NCBI RefSeq assembly: GCF_018977255.1
Contig: NW_024704743.1
Coordinates: 3,412,001 to 3,476,000, forward strand
Length of the DNA: 64,000 nucleotides
Direction of reading: 5' to 3'
Source: Callorhinchus milii
Lineage: Eukaryota
A program made the translations under genes and the position numbers. The notes below the pieces were generated by a model. That model had not been told where the DNA came from and searched no databases. It worked only from the letters and a program-made list of their open reading frames with translations. This document shows, piece by piece, positions 62,801-64,000 of this stretch (its first letter is position 1; each line of letters starts with the position of its first letter).

Positions 62801-64000
62801 CTCAGCTGGCTCTTGCCTCCTGCACGTCCCTCATGCCCTCTGCTCCACCAATGGCAGCCATGCTTTCAGCCTCTACGCCCCGAAATGCTGGAACTCTCTG
62901 CCTCAATCCCTCCACCTTGCCTTCTCCTTGCCCGGCTTCAGATTATATCTGAAGACCTGTTTCTTCGATTGTGGAAACCGTCACCTCCCACCCCTCTCCT
63001 CAGCTCCACGTCGAGTTCCACCACTGTCAAGCGCTCAGAGTTTCTAGCCTGCGTGAACGGCGCTGCAAGATGTTGTTGTTGTTGCTGCTGCTGCTGCCCT
63101 TGGACATGAGGAAATACTGTACTAAGGAATAGTGAAGAATATAATTCTCTTTGAGGTTATGATCCTGCCTCTGTCCACTCACGCCTGTTATAAACACGCT
63201 GACTGTGTTACACTGTCTGTGAGGCTGTTGCTGAGGGGAATGTTGTGTTTGCTCACAGGACCTCCTTACGAAGGTGCAGCGTTCTTTCCCACTGATTTTG
63301 TGGCGCCCACAGATTTGGAACCACCTCCAATTGGTAAGTGCTGCGGTGGGAACCTGGCGCTCAGCGACATTCCAGCCTTTGGGAACAGACACTGCTGAGA
63401 GCGGCCAGCCAGCCTGCCTCATTACACAACCTGAGGAGCAGACGAGGCTGGGATTTTTCTCACTTGGCTCCTGTTATCTGTGCAAGCCAAGGCCCTAATG
63501 GTAGTGCTCGCTGAACAAACAGCAGACAGAGTCCCAATGTTGGGATTGGGGAGCTGGTTGTGCTGCAGCAGCAATACACTGTGGCCCTGTATGGGGGAGA
63601 GCCGAGAAGAAAGAGGGGAGGTAACTGTAGTTGCGATCAAAGAGACTGGTCTTCAAGCATGATCTGAAGATGGGCAAGGAGCAGGTAAGACGCAGGAATT
63701 GAGGGGCATAGTGGCTGAAAGCATGGCCGCTGATGGTGGAGTGGAGGGCTCGAGGGACGTGCAGGAGGAAAGAGCCATAGAGAATGGAGTGGGTAGAGGT
63801 GTGGGAATGAAAAGGTTGGAGAGGTAGGGAGGTTCCAGTGCACAAAATGATTTTCAGGAGCCATTGTCTTGTGTGATGGCCACTGGTGTGTAGGTGCTGT
63901 AACTCTGGGATTCCTCTGTAGTCAGATGGTATCTTGTGTGTGTGTACAGTGTGCCCGATGCCTGAGTTCAGGAAGCCATCGCCACTTCCAGTCCAAACCG
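52811..64000 (+). CDS. Unrecognised gene of repeated symmetric phase-1 mini-exons, acidic/Pro-rich product, 3'-incomplete
   Basis: Candidate exons: 52811-52886 (ATG, tentative), 53109-53216, 54461-54550, 54821-54910, 55181-55270, 55786-55839, 56573-56680, 57169-57261, 58009-58107, 58802-58894, 61029-61142, 61354-61425, 61511-61585, 61736-61810, 63259-63333, 63950-window end (tentative). All 14 internal exons have pyrimidine-rich yag acceptors, gt(a/g)ag-type donors (one gtaatt), lengths divisible by 3 and no stop in the shared frame. Confidence 0.7.
54049..54054 (+). terminator. Candidate polyadenylation signal, possibly of SMPD5
   Basis: First AATAAA I found after the SMPD5 stop, within an AT-rich UTR-like stretch. 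Confidence 0.3.
54365..55445 (+). repeat. Three tandem 360-bp units, each carrying one 90-nt exon
   Basis: Near-identical sequence at 54421, 54781 and 55141 (360-nt period). Confidence 0.95.
57490..57790 (+). mobile_element. DeuSINE-like element (second SINE family)
   Basis: Head gtggtagcactc..ctctgagtcagaaggttgtgggtt and core ttcaggtggacgttaaagatccc..ggtgtcctggccaaca, as in the AmnSINE1/SacSINE1 Deu domain. Further copies at about 5055-5425, 6930-7235, 21361-21700, 32490-32785 (+) and 12930-13155, 16800-17220 (-). Confidence 0.7.
60480..62585 (+). mobile_element. CR1 LINE 3' fragments (about 60480-60900 and 61930-62585)
   Basis: [33 protein letters not shown] and a ttctatgattct tail. Minus-strand CR1 3' ends also at about 34350-34765 and 59985-60210. 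Confidence 0.75.

Noticed and set aside
52811..64000. Identification of the exon-array gene as SPATC1, OPLAH or an SCPP
   Set aside because: No speriolin coiled-coil or oxoprolinase motifs seen, and SCPP introns are phase 0; left unnamed.

Overview
Vertebrate genomic DNA, GC-rich and repeat-dense. The tRNA-derived, Deu-type SINEs and the CR1/L2 LINE tails point to a cartilaginous fish, probably a holocephalan (inference). Four recognisable multi-exon genes were spliced by hand with GT-AG sites and consistent phases: an SLC52A3-like riboflavin transporter (-, 1300-4240, 530 aa), SLC52A2 (-, 15712-21162, 436 aa), FBXL6 (+, 28655-38597, 576 aa) and SMPD5 (+, 47851-51933, 577 aa). SLC52A2 and FBXL6 are head-to-head around a CpG-rich promoter with four CCAAT boxes, as at human 8q24.3. 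The most unusual element lies downstream of SMPD5 (52811-64000, +). It is an unrecognised gene made of at least 14 short symmetric phase-1 exons with an alternating A/B exon-pair architecture. Spliced together they give one stop-free frame of about 450 codons, acidic and Pro-rich, that runs off the window end. Most long ORFs in the supplied track are tandem-repeat or LINE artefacts. Repeat coordinates are approximate.
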